A stretch of 64,000 nt of DNA from Blastocystis sp. Blastoise (GCA_039096225.1 JBBPEB010000031.1:1-64000); one strand, 5' to 3'; shown: positions 28,058 through 41,788, counted from the stretch's first letter. Notes: generated by a model from the letters alone, not told the origin. Made by a program: numbers and translations.

Positions 28058-31000
28058 AATTAATATTTAATAAATAATAAATAATATATATAATATATAA
28101 TATATAATATATAATAAATGACTCATATTAAAAACTATATATATATAATATATAAGATAAAAGATAATAAATATTTTTTATATACTCTTTATGCAGCCGC
28201 GGTCCGGGGCCGTTAGGCACTGGACCTGCGGCGTGACCCTAGTATTATTTATATTCTGATAAGTTGAAGCTCTTAACTTATTTTGATTATTTCGTATATA
28301 ATTAATTCTATTTTGTTCTACTCGAATATAATTATCAGTAATATATTGTAAAGTTAATTTCTTATATTTTAATAAATAATTATCATAAGGTGGATCTTTC
28401 ATTTGAAGCATATAATTATAATATTCTAACATAGTAATAGTAATTTGATTAGAACGATTCAATGATAATAAATCTGGATACCAACCTTGTCTTCCAGTTG
28501 GAAACATAACTGGATAAACCATACAATCTATATAAGAATTAGTATTCTTCATTACTATATATTGACCTGAAGTATAACGATTCTGTTCATTATTACTATT
28601 AGTAGCTACTATTTCCATACCACTTCTAGGAAAACAACAATAACTTCTTTCTGGCATTACTCCTCCTTCTCTATATTGATATATTACTGCTACTTCATCT
28701 ACTTGAGGAGTATTATATCTTCTTATATCAGGTACTTCTCTTCTTTGTTTCTTAAACTCTATTAATAAATTAATATTATTTCTATTCATTTGACTATTCT
28801 CTTCTAATACTTCATCTACTCTTTCTCGAAGTGAATTATATATTTGAGCTAATGGATGATATTCTCTTATTGTACTATCTAATATCTCTAAAATATTTGG
28901 TTTTAAATCACAAAAATATCGATTCATACTTCTCATATGAGTAGCTTCATCTCCATCTATCATATAATATTGATTGAATACAGGATGTCTTGTAGGATCA
29001 TTCACATCAAAATCTAAAGCACTCTTAAAAGTATGATATATATTACCTCCACATTTAAATAGTAAAGGTCCAGAAGAATTTCTTAAATCATCATCAGAAG
29101 TATTATTTCCAGCTAAAGAAGCTAAAGCAACAGAATTATTATATCGAATAATATTATTAATAAATTCTCTTGAATCTGGATTATCTCTTTGTAATAAAGA
29201 ACGAATAGTATTAGGAAGATCAGGAAGCTCAGGAAGAACTACTTTACCACTACCACAGCAAGTATAAAACTTATCATTCATTCCTTTCTCTAATTCAAAA
29301 TGTTTAGCATGACAATATTCACAATGAACATTAAAATCACCTAAATAATTAGCTTTATAAGTATTCAATGCTTCATTTAATACGAAATCACCATGAGAAT
29401 CTATATAAAATAATATAAAATAAATATTAAATATATATAAATACTTCTTTGAATAGAAGCAATACAATTATGTAATCCAGGATATAATAATCTTTGTTGA
29501 TTATCTATAAAAATAATTTGTTATTTAATTATTCATAAAGAATTATAAAAAATAAATAGCATACAAATATCTAAAGCTCTTCTTCTTCCTCTATTAATAA
29601 TAGGATGAATAATTATATCTTCTTCAACTATAAAAAAGTATTAAATAAATATATTTAAATAATAAAAAACATACTATTATCTGTTATAGGTCTTCTAATA
29701 GTTCTTACAACTGGTATTTCGTCATTATTTTGAGTATTACTATTAATATTAGGAAAAGGATCAATATAATCAGAATCAGAATCATTATCAGAAAAACTAC
29801 TACTACTACTACTACTACTATCACTTGAACTACTACTACTACTACTATTAGGTATTGTTGTTATAATTTCTGATTCATTATCATTATTTAAATTAATATG
29901 AGGAATATTTGTTAGAATACTTAAAGGAGGAAGAATAGGACTTAAATCAGGAATAGTTAAATAACTATTCATAATGGAATTAATAGATCTATTATTTCTA
30001 TGTATTATTGTTTCATTATTATTAGTATTAGTGTTATTTCTTGAATTATTTGTATTATCATTAATGATTGTAGAATTATTATTGTTAGATATATTTACAT
30101 CAGTTGGAATAGTAGTAACAACAGGTAAAGAGTGTGAAGAAGTATTAATAGAATCATTATTATTATTAGAAACAGAAGTATTTTTTTCTGTAGGTTGTAT
30201 AATAGTAGTTGATATAGGAATAGATTGATTATTATTATTAATTTGACTTTGAACAATAGATATGTTATTAATTGATTGATTAACTGGATTCATTTGATTG
30301 AATAGGTTTGAACCATTATTTAATATAGAATTATTATTATTTATTTGTGAATAACGATTATCGATATCAATATCAATATTGTTATTTGAATTATTGTTTT
30401 GAATGTTTTGTAAAGGAATATTATTTTGAAAATTAAAAGTCGAAAACAAAGCTAAAGGTTTTGAGTTAAAACCAAATGATTTAGATAAATCATTATTATT
30501 TATTTTATCCTTATTGGAACCTATATATATTAATTATTAGATATTAAATATATTATGTTTAAGTTTAGAATAAAGTTTAGTTGTGTAGTATATAAATTAA
30601 CTTTCATTGTTATAGTTGTTGAAGTATTTATTAATTAATATAAAGTATAACCTTTATTAATATAATATAATACATAGATATAGTATGATAATATATATAT
30701 TAATATAAAGTATAACATTTATTAATATAATAATACATACATAAGTATAGTATGATATATTAATTAATATAAAGTATAACCTTCATCAATATAATATGAT
30801 ACATAAGTATAGTATGATATATTAATTAATATAAAGTATAACCTTTATTAATATAATATAAGTCATAGATATCATTACTATATATATGAGAATAGGCAAA
30901 AAAATTCCCATTGGTCAGTTTTTGGAAAATGCATTTGATTGGCTACTATATACTATAGTTTGTCGCCGCAACTCCTCTAAACTTACGGGGAGTTAACTTT

Positions 31001-33298
31001 TGGTTGAAACACAGTTCAATAGGATATAACATGTAGTTGTGCACCGTATATTTGGTTAAGCGATATTGTTTATAATTAAAAAGTTATTAATAAAAGAACA
31101 GAAAACATGATTTTTGAGTCGTTTTTGATTGGCTCTTTGGGATGACCCCGATAAAAATTGTTGACCAGACAATTGAAAAATAAACATGGGGTAAACTTGA
31201 TTTTTTATCAATCCCACAATATACGTTATCCGTGTTTATTCTTTATATTTATCTATTTTTAAAGACTTTTTCATATTGAACACGTGAGGCCTTAACAGTC
31301 AAATTTAGATTCTCAATTTGACATCATATTCTGATTCAGGAGGTTCAAAAACCTAGGTGTACCAATTTTGAGCTCCTGAGGACGATTTTTGAGTGATCGA
31401 TATTTTCTTCGATCTTCTTATAATGGACTAATATTGTAGTATTGTAATCAATAGGTCATCAAACTACTATAGTTAAAACAAAGTTTTAAAATAACAAGTT
31501 TAAAAGTGACCATTTTGAAAAATGTGAATTAAGTGGTCTTAGAGTGAGAGATTCAATATAATGACTTTCGTTTAGTAAACTAGACTTATAACTCTATACT
31601 ATATTAAAAGGAGAGTCAAAATTATGAAGGTCAAAGTGTATGACCAAATGACAAAATGTGTCTTAAAAAGTAAAAGGGTTTCTATATGTGTTTAGAATCA
31701 TATATTAAGTTTATTTTATGAATAATAGCTTTAAATAAATAGTTTAAGGTTGTCAAATTCAAAAGAATGTGTAAAACATAGTCTTAGACTATGAATAAAA
31801 AATTTAGAGATATTAATTAGTGTACAGCTGTAGTAGCTCTACAACATATCAAAAGTACAGTTAAAATAATTTTTAGAGAGTGGATGTGTGAAGGGTTGTG
31901 ACTATTATTTAAAATTTATTTTTACTTCAGTTTATGTTAAATCGTGAATTTCGTGCACTATAAAAAAATTGAGCCAAAAAATTAACTCTAAGGGTCTTAA
32001 ATTTAAAAAAATGTAAAAACGAGTGACTTAGAGGACGAGATTCAATATTTGAGTGTTTATTCATTAAACTAGAGTGTATGACCTATATTATGTTAAAAGA
32101 AGGGACGAAAATATTTTGATCAAAGTGTATGACCAAATGGTAAAGTGTCTTTAAAAAGTCTAAAGTGTTGACTAATGTGCTTATAGAGTCATATATAGTC
32201 TACTATGTAAATATTAGCTTTTAAAAATATGTTTAAGCCTTTCAATTAGTAATAATATGTTCAAAGTGAGTCATAAAATGAGAGTTTTAAGAAACGAGAT
32301 ATTGTTCAGTATACACTAAGAGACACTCTACAACATATCAAAAATATAGCAAAATCTATTTTTAGAGAGTGGATGTGTAAAGGGTTGTGAGAGTTATTGA
32401 AAAAATATTTTTCACTCAGTTTGAGCAAAATCGTGTTTTTGGAACACTGTAGAAAAGTTGAGTCAAAATATCAAGTTTAGGGGTATAAATTTTGAAAAAT
32501 GTAAAAATGATTGACTTAGAGGACGAGATTCAAAATTCCCCCTCACTTTCATATAACTAGACCACACACTCTATATTATGTCAAAAGGAGGGACGAAAAT
32601 ATTTTGGTCGAAGTAAATGAGCAAATGCAAAAGGTTTATAAAATGTCTTAAAGTGATGACCAATGTGTAGCCAACGTTATACTGAGTATAGTGTGTAAAT
32701 ATTAGCTTATAAAAATGAGTTAAGGTGTCTTAACTTTTCATAATGTGTCAAAAATGGTCTTTAAGAAAGAGATTCAAAACATTTACTTTTTTTAAATAAA
32801 TAGTGTGATAAACTCTATATTATATCAAAAGACTAAAGGAAATTATTTTGATACAGTGGATCTTGAATGGGTAAAGTCTATTTAAAAGTTACGTTTTCAA
32901 GTAATTTGTGTTTAAGATCATTATTTGAGACGACTGTAGAAATATTAACTTTTTAAGAAATGTTTTAGTTGTCAAAGTTAGAATGAATGTTGACTTTGTT
33001 ATACATAAAACTTCAAAATTCTTTTAAAAAGTATTGAAATGAGTTAAAATTATTATATTATGCTTATTTAAATGAATTTTATGACTTAAAAATACTCAAG
33101 AGTACTTCACATTGTGACTCATTTCTAAAGTTGTTGACTTTAAAAACTCAAAAAAAGCTTAAAACAGTTGTTTCATTATTAATAAATACAAAATATATTT
33201 TAAAAATAATAAATAATATATAATAATACAAATTTCGTTTTTAGTATCTAAGAAATTCTTTTAGTTTTTTACATATTATAAAAAAAAATCTAAAAGAT

Positions 33299-33365
33299 AC
33301 TTATATCAGGAATTGAACCTGATTACAATCAATAAATGATTGTAACTCCCATATAGAGTATAAGA
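33299..33365 (-). ncRNA. tRNA-like cloverleaf, 3'-end type (1-nt shorter D arm)
   Basis: CTC-TATATGG-GAG D arm; T arm invariant. Confidence 0.62.
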
Positions 33366-33379
33366 AGTGTTATTAAAGT

Positions 33380-33895
33380 AATATATAATATATAATATAT
33401 AATATATAATATATAATATATAATATATAATATATAATATATAATATATAATATATAATATATAATATATAATATATAATATATAATATATAATATATAA
33501 TATATAATATATAATATATAATATATAATATATAATATATAATATATAATATATAATATATAATATATAATATATAATATATAATATATAATATATAATA
33601 TATAATATATAATATATAATATATAATATATAATATATAATATATAATATATAATATATAATATATAATATATAATATATAATATATAATATATAATATA
33701 TAATATATAATATATAATATATAATATATAATATATAATATATAATATATAATATATAATATATAATATATAATATATAATATATAATATATAATATATA
33801 ATATATAATATATAATATATAATATATAATATATAATATATAATATATAATATATAATATATAATAGATAATAATATATAATATATAATATATAA
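33380..33895. repeat. (ATATAAT)n 7-bp repeat expansion
   Basis: Directly visible; only a few units at the same position in sister elements. Confidence 0.97.
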
Positions 33896-34996
33896 TAGAT
33901 AATAAATAATAAATAATAAATACTAATATATAATAGATAATATATAATAATGAAAAAAAGAAAATAAAAGCCAAACTGTTATTATTTTATGCAGCCGCGG
34001 TCCGGTGCCGTTAGGCCCCGGACCTGCGGCGTGACCCTAGTAGTATGATATATTTATTAATATAAAGTATATAACTCTTATTAATATAATATAATACATA
34101 GATATACTATGATATATTTATTAATATAAAGTATAACCTTTATTAATATAATATAATACATAAGTATAGTATGATATTATATATATTAATATAAAGTATA
34201 TAACCTTTATTAATATAATAATACATAGAATATACTATGATATATTAATTAATATAAAGTATAACATTTATTAATATAATAATACATAGATATACTATGA
34301 TATATTTATTAATATAAAGTATATAACCTTTATTAATATAATAATACATAGATATACTATGATATATTTATTAATATAAAGTATATAACCTTTATTAATA
34401 TAATAATACATACATATAGTATGATATATTAAATAATATAAAGTAAAAACTTTATTAATTAATAATTATCTTCAATACTATAATGTAATGAAAGATAATA
34501 TTATAATTAATGAAAACTAATATTAAATAAGTATAGGTAATTAATATTGTATAATTTATTAAACAATCTATATGATTCAACCTCATAGAGGACATCTATA
34601 GCTATTGTGCTTTGTTACAACATTCTATAAACATATAGCTAACTACCAGTTAATATCATATACAATGTGAGTAAGTGAAGAATCTTAACACTTAGATATC
34701 TCATCATTGATAGTATTACATCGGTTAGACTATATAGAGTTAGAAGCGAACAATAGTCAGCAATAGTATGAGTCATATAGGTAATCAATAGTTGTATTAA
34801 TTAAATTAAATACAAATATTAAAATACTCAACACTATTTAATATTAAGTAATTCAAAAATTATCTTAATATCCGACACCTTCCCGTTAATCGATACGATT
34901 AAAGTAAAATTAAAATAAAAAAAAAAATAACAAAACAAAAATGAAAAAAGAAAGGATTCTATTAAATATTTAAATACTAAGTAGCTAAAGCTAAGC

Positions 34997-36354
34997 TTAG
35001 TAAATAAATATATAAATAGATAATAAAAAGAAAGCAGACAACAGAAAGCTATTATCTGTGAAAGAAAAAAAATAATAAAACAAAAGAAAAAGAAACTAAA
35101 ATAATAAATAATACTTACCCACAACTTTATTTGAACCTATATAAGTATAGAATATAATATAAGTATAAATATACATTGAATAATTGAAGAATTGTTGACA
35201 CCATCAACGACTGAAGAATTATTAACACCATCACCTATATATATATATACAATAGTATAAGTATAAATAAATAAATAATATTATATATATATATATATAC
35301 CTTTATATATATTAGTAGTAACTATATCAAGACCAACAACAGAGTCACACGATCCCAAATTAAAAGACACACCTATATAGAATCATAAAATAGAATAAAC
35401 ATAGATACATATATATATATATATATATATATACCTTCTGAAGAAGGAATAGAAGAATGACCATGTACTAACTGAGTTGAAGGACCTATATAAAAACAAA
35501 TAAGAAAGAATTAAAAGAATAATAAAAAATATATATATATGATATATCTATATACCTTTAGCATTAGAAGGATGATCACCATCAGATACAGTACCATGAA
35601 CAGAAGACACTATCAGAACAGAAGGACCTATATATATTTATAAAATAAAAGTAAATCAAAAAGAAGAAAAAGAAAATATATTATATATACCTTCTTTATG
35701 ATTAAGATCAGCACCAACATTCATAGCAACAGAAGAACCTATAATAACATATAAATAGGAAATAAAAGAAATAATTAAAAATAAATAAATAAATAAATGA
35801 TTACATACCTTGAAGACCATGAGAAGAGTTAGCATCACCATCAGTAGCATCAGCAACAACATCATCATGAGTATAAGAACCTATAGATAAATAAAAATAA
35901 AAAAAAAATAAAATAAATGATTGACAACATACCTTCAAGACCATTAGTGGAGTGTATATCATCATCAATAGCTCCAGCAACAGAGTCCACAACAACAGAA
36001 GAACCTATAGATAAATAAAAATATAAAAATAAAAACAAATGATTGACAACATACCTTCAAGACCACTTGAAAACATTATACCATCATCAGTAAAGGACAC
36101 CAAGGACAGAGAAGAGTCTAAGATAATATAAAATAATAAAACAAAAAGAAATGTATAAATATATACCTTCAAGACCATATTGATAAGCACCATCACCATC
36201 AATGACATCCATACTTGCATCCTGTTGAGTAGAAGAACCTATATATGAATAATAAAAAAAAATAAATACAATACATACTGGACCGTCTTTGAGAAACGTA
36301 TTTTTTTTGATTCAAGGACCTCCGCCTTGATGACATTCTGCCTTTTCTAGGCAT
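34997..36354 (-). CDS. Microexon-array gene, second intact copy (in A1)
   Basis: Same exons as 57906-59265; the differences I saw are in intronic homopolymer or AT runs. Confidence 0.85.
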
Positions 36355-36547
36355 CTTATTTAATAATTTAATAAAAATAAGTATTTTTATGTAGAAAACA
36401 AAAACATATTCATATTTGAACTTTTGTAAAATAGGGACAATATTTAAAATATGCATATTTAAAAATTAATAGGAATCATAAATAACCTCGAATTTTTATT
36501 ATTATCTTATGCTAAGCTGATAATAGGGACATTTTTTATTAAAAACA

Positions 36548-36563
36548 TTTTGGGTACCCAAAA
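36548..36563. promoter_or_regulatory. Palindrome TTTTGGGTACCCAAAA between the divergent units (also 7728, 11175, 15738, 45719 with one mismatch, 59459, 62850)
   Basis: 16-bp palindrome whose core is unchanged in otherwise diverged A, B and C elements, about 190 bp upstream of the microexon gene ATG. Confidence 0.55.
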
Positions 36564-36599
36564 ACTATAGTTTTTTACATTTTTTAAATATTTGTTTGT

Positions 36600-37079
36600 A
36601 TTGATTGTCTGGGTATGTTTTATTAATTAATTTGATGTTATTTAGTTATTATTTTTATATTTATTTGTATATATTAATTTATTTATTTATAATAATACAC
36701 TTTTTTATAGGATTCTCTTGTATTTGTCTTGGTTGTGGTGGTGAGTGGTTCTTAAAGTGGTCCTGGTTGTGTGAAATGGGTTACTTATTATCAGGTATAT
36801 AAATATATTATTTATTTCTTAACATCTGTTTATTTTTTACTAATTACTTTTTGTTATTATTTAATTTTATTATCTATATTATTTATTTTGTCTTTTTATA
36901 TCATCTATTAAATTGTTTTTAATTATTTTTATTCTATAGGAAAGAAAATGTTGTTGATGTGTTGTGGTCTTCGTTTTTTCATGTCGTTCTTCTTAGTCTG
37001 TGGTTTCAGATTATTCTATTAGGTATATATTTATATTTTATTTATTGTTTTCATTTTTATTATTTATTATTTATGTTTT

Positions 37080-37110
<31 letters not shown>

Positions 37111-37314
37111 TTATATTTATTTATTTATTTATTATATTTATTTATTTATTTATTATATTTATTATATTTATATATATTTATTTATTATATTTATTTATTT
37201 ATTTATTATATTTATTTATTTATTATATTTATTTATTTATTTATTTATTTATGTTTTTTATTTATTTATTATATTTATTATATTTATTATATTTATTATA
37301 TTTATTTATTTATT

Positions 37315-37345
<31 letters not shown>

Positions 37346-37729
37346 TTTTATGTTATCTTTTTATATTTTTTCTATTGTATATAGGTTTAATAGTCTTCTT
37401 GTTCCTTTTTCTTCTTTCTTCCTTCTTTCTACTTCATTTTACTTCTTCCTTATCCTTCCTACTACCTTCTTCCTCATTCTTCATTCTTCATTCTTCATTC
37501 TTCATTCTTCCTTCCTACTTCCTACTTCCTCATCCGTCATTCTTCCTTCTTCCTTCTTCTTCCTTCTTCTTCCTACTTCCTCATCCTTCTTTCTTCATCC
37601 TACTTCTTCCTTCTTCCTTCTTCTTCCTTCATCCTTCTTCCTACTTCTTCCTTCTTCCTTCATCCTTCATCCTTCCTTCTTCTTTCTTCCTACTTCCTAC
37701 TTCCACATTCTTCCTACTTCCTTCATTCC

Positions 37730-37767
<38 letters not shown>

Positions 37768-37793
37768 ATTATTATTATTACTCTTTAAACTCC
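36600..37793 (+). other. Divergent spliced transcript unit, antisense to the element and probably non-coding or decayed; homologs near 11230-12365 (+), 15790-16930 (+), 6553-7690 (-), 44580-45680 (-), 62910-64000 (+)
   Basis: Donor GTATGT at 36613; exon-like blocks 36711-36794 and 36940-37022 bounded by AG/GT; acceptor before 37385; acceptors kept in types A, B and C while no long frame is. Confidence 0.5.
37395..37730 (+). repeat. Pyrimidine-rich (CTTCTTC-like) low-complexity tract preceded by (TATT)n; copies near 6606-6975, 11943-12312, 16507-16878, 44590-45030, 63560-63985
   Basis: Directly visible strand-asymmetric tract. Confidence 0.9.
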
Positions 37794-37860
37794 CTTTATG
37801 CTCTGGAAGGAGAGAAGCAATCATTATAGATTGTTTTCAGGTTCAATTCCTGACATGAAG
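37794..37860 (+). ncRNA. tRNA-like cloverleaf, internal type, in the autonomous element
   Basis: CTTTATG/CATGAAG; CTCT-GGAAGG-AGAG; AAGCAATC-ATTATA-GATTGTTT; TCAGG-TTCAATT-CCTGA. Confidence 0.72.
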
Positions 37861-40800
37861 TCTTATTTTTCTTTTTTTAAATATTTTATTTATATATTAT
37901 TATATATATATATTCTCTTTTTTAAATTTATTTTAATCCAGTTTAATTTATACTTTTCAATTTTGACCTTATATATATATATATCTAACTTTTTATAGTT
38001 TTTTTAGACTTACTCTTCTCAACAACAGTCACAATGAGAACAAATCCATTTATACTTAAACAGCCAAGTCATCTTAAAACTGATTATATCAATCAAAATA
38101 CATGTGTTAAACTTGTTTTATTGATTTAAACTCAATTTTAATAATTAAAAGTAAACAAACCAAACACACATGTTGACTTTAAAACTTTAAACTCAGTGTT
38201 AAATGGTTAGTTTTAAAGAGTAGACACAAAACATTGATTTATACTAAAAGGAATGAAAACAATCAACTCTTGATACAACTTTACCATTTGATAAAACACT
38301 CATCCACAATATTTTCCAAAGTTCTTTTAGTAAAGTGTTTATATAGACATATAATGTATAAAATGAAAGTCAACTTCTTGAATCTCTTATTTTAGGACAG
38401 TCTTTAAAACATTTTGACAAATAGACAACCTTTAACTTGCTATTTAAAGCTAATATTTTAAGAGTAGACTTGATTTAAACCTATATACACAACTGTCATC
38501 ATCATAACACTTTTAAAGACACTTTACCATTTGCTCATACACTTTGATCAAAACATTTTCGTCCCTTCTTTTAATATAATATAGATCATACACTCTAGTT
38601 TAATGAATAAAAGCTCTTATTTTGAATCTCGTCCTCTAAGTCACTCATTTTTACATTTTTCAAAATTTAAGACCCTTAGAGTTGATATTTTGACTCAATT
38701 TTTCTACAATGCACGAAATTCACGATTTTATATAAACTGAAGTGAAAATAAATTTTAAATAATAGTCACAACACCTCACACATCCACTCTCTAAAAATTA
38801 TTTTCTTTGTACTTTTGATATGTTGTAGAGCTACTACAGCTGTATACTAATTAATATCTCTAAATTTTTTATTCACAGTTTAAGACTATGTTTTACACAT
38901 TCTTTTAAATTTGACAACCTTAAACTATTTATTTAAAGCTATTATTCATAGAATAGACTTGATATAAGATTCTATACACATATATAAACCATTTTACTTT
39001 TTAAGACACATTTTGTCATTTGGTCATACACTTTGACCTTCATAATTTTGACTTTCCTTTTAACATAGAATAGAGTATTATCTCTAGTTTACTAAATAAA
39101 AGTCATTATATTGAATCTCTCACTCTAAGACCACTTAATTCACACTTTTCAAAATTGTGACACTAAAACTCATTATTTTAAGACTTTGTTTTAGATATAG
39201 TAGTTTGATGACCTATTGATTACAATACTACAATATTAGTTGATTATAAGAAGATCAAAGAAAATATCGATCACTCAAAAATCGTCCTCAGGAGCTCAAA
39301 ATTGGTACACCTAGGTTTTTCGACCTCCTGAATCAGAATATCATGTCAAAATAAGAATCTAAATTTGACCGTTAAGGCCTCACGTGTTCAATATGAAAAA
39401 GTATTAAAAAGTAGATAAATATAAAGAATAAACACGGATAACGTATATTGTGGGATTGAGAAAAAATCAAGTTTACCCCATGTTTATTTTCCAATTGTCT
39501 GGTCAACAATTTTTATCGGGATGATCCCAAAGAGCCAATCAAAAACGACTCAAAAATCATGTTTTCTGTTTTTTTATTAATAACTTTTTAATTATTAATA
39601 ATATCGCTTAACCAAATATACGGTGCACAACTACACGTTATATCGTATTGAACTGTGTTTCAGCCAAAAGTTAACTCCCCGTAAGTTTAGAGGAGTTGCG
39701 GCGACAAACTATAGTATACATTAGCCAATCAAATGGTTTTTCCAAAAACTGACCAATGGGAATTTTTTTGCCTATTCTCATATATATAGTAATGATATAT
39801 ATGAGAATAGGCAAAAAAATTCCCATTGGTCAGTTTTTGGAAAATGCATTTGATTGGCTAAGGTATACTATAGTTTGTCGCCGCAACTCCTCTAAACTTA
39901 CGGGGAGTTAACTTTTGGTTGAAACACAGTTCAATACAATATAACATGTAGTTGTGCACCGTATATTTGGATAAGCGATATTGTTTATAATTAAAAAGTT
40001 ATTAATAAAAGAACAGAAAACATGATTTTTGAGTCGTTTTTGATTGGCTCTTTGGGATGACCCCGATAAAAATTGTTGACCAGACAATTGGAAAATAAAC
40101 ATGGGGTAAACTTGATTTTTTCTCAATCCCACAATATACGTTATCCGTGTTTATTCTTTATATTTATCTATTTTTTAATACTTTTTCATATTGAGCACGT
40201 GAGGCCTTAACGGTCAAATTTAGATTCTCAATTTGACATCATATTCTGATTCAGGAGGTCAAAAAACCTAGGTGTACCAATTTTCAGCTCCTGAGAACGA
40301 TTTTTGAGTGATCGATATTTTCTTCGATCTTCTTATAATCGACTAATATTATATCATAGTAATCAATAGGTCCTCAAACTACTATAGTTAAAACAAAGTC
40401 TTAAAATAACGAGTTTAAAAGTGACAATTTTGAAAAATGTGAATTAAGTGGTCTTAGAGTGAGAGATTCAATATAATGACTTTTATTTAGTAACTAGAGA
40501 TAATACTCTATACTATGTCAAAAGGAGAGTCAAAATTATGAAGGTCAAAGTGTATGACCAAATGACAAAATGTGTCTTAAAAAGTAAAAGGGTTTCTATA
40601 TATGTTTAGAATCATGTATTAAGTTTATTCTATGAATAAGAGCTTTAAATAAATAGTTTAAGGTTGTCAAATTTAAAAGAATGTGTAAAACATAGTCTTA
40701 AACTGTGAATAAAAAATTTAGAGATATTAATTAGTGTACAGCTATAGTAGCTCTACAACATATCAAAAGTACAAAGAAAATAATTTTTAAAGAGTGGATG

Positions 40801-41721
40801 TGTGAAGGGTTGTGACTATTATTTAAAATTTATTTTTACTTCAGTTTGAGCAAAATCGTGAATTTGGTGCACTGTAGAAAAATTGAGTCAAGAGGTCAAC
40901 TCTAAGGGTCTTAAATTTAAAAAAATGTAAAAATGAGTAACTTAGAGGACGAGATTCAAAATAAGAGCTTTTATTCATTAAACTAGAGTGTGCGATCTAT
41001 ATTATGTGAAAAGGAGGGACAAAAATATTTTGATCAAAGTGTATGAGCAAATGGTAAAGTGTCTTTAAAAGTGTTATGGTGATGACAGTTGTGTTTACAT
41101 GTCTGAATCAAGTTTATTCTTAAAATATTAACTTTAAATAGCAAGTTAAAGGTTGTCTATTTATCAAAATGTTTTAAAGACTATCTTAAACAAAGAGATT
41201 CAAGAAGTTGACTTTCATTTTATACATAATATGTCTATATAAACACTTTACTAAAAGAACTTTGGAAAATATTGTGGATGAGTGTTTTGTCAAATGGTAA
41301 AGTTGTATCAAGAGTGAATTATTTCCACTCCTTTTTGTTTAAATCAATGTTTTATGTCCACTCTATAAAAACTATCTTTTAATACTGAGTTTAACGTTTT
41401 AAAGTCAACATGTGTGTTTGGTTTGCTTACTTTTGAGAGTTGAAAATCAGTTTAAATTGATAAATTATGTCATAGACGTCTATATTAATTGATTCAAGCA
41501 GTTTTGAGATGACTTAGTTGTTTGAGTTAAAATGGATTTGTTCTCATTGTGACTGTTGTTGAGAAGAGGAAGTCTAAAAAAACTATAAACAGTTAGATAT
41601 ATGTATATAATGTCAAAATTTAAAAGGTATAATCTAAAAGAGATAAAAATAAGTTTAAAAAAGAGAAAATATATATATAATAATAATATGTAAAAAATAT
41701 TAAAGAAAAAGAAAAATAAGA

Positions 41722-41788
41722 CTTCATGTCAGGAATTGAACCTGAAAACAATCTATAATGATTGTTTCTCTCCTTCTAGAGCATAAAG
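41722..41788 (-). ncRNA. tRNA-like cloverleaf, internal type, element C
   Basis: CTTTATG/CATGAAG; CTCT-AGAAGG-AGAG; AAACAATC-ATTATA-GATTGTTT; invariant T arm. Confidence 0.7.

Larger units (their letters stand above)
25562..28242 (+). mobile_element. Short non-autonomous Helitron type D (2681 bp) inserted in RepHel
   Basis: TC...CTAG ends; empty site cttctaaca|tattatttat intact at 54311-54330; the ORF offset between A1 and A2 changes by exactly 2681. Confidence 0.97.
22107..30520 (-). pseudogene. RepHel copy split by the 2681-bp type D insertion
   Basis: Translations of both halves match the intact copy; the break falls inside the ATG of ...NINN-M-LEERG. Confidence 0.95.
30872..34040 (+). 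mobile_element. Short non-autonomous Helitron type D variant (3169 bp) inserted in the minisatellite of A1
   Basis: TC...CTAG ends; empty site catagata|tagtatgata at 56941; expanded (ATATAAT)n near the 3' end. Confidence 0.96.
21871..39795 (-). mobile_element. Autonomous-type Helitron copy A1 (12075 bp without its two insertions), RepHel disrupted
   Basis: CTAG + distinct hairpin at 21871, 5' end at 39795, RepHel inside; collinear with copy A2 from 50629. Confidence 0.95.
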
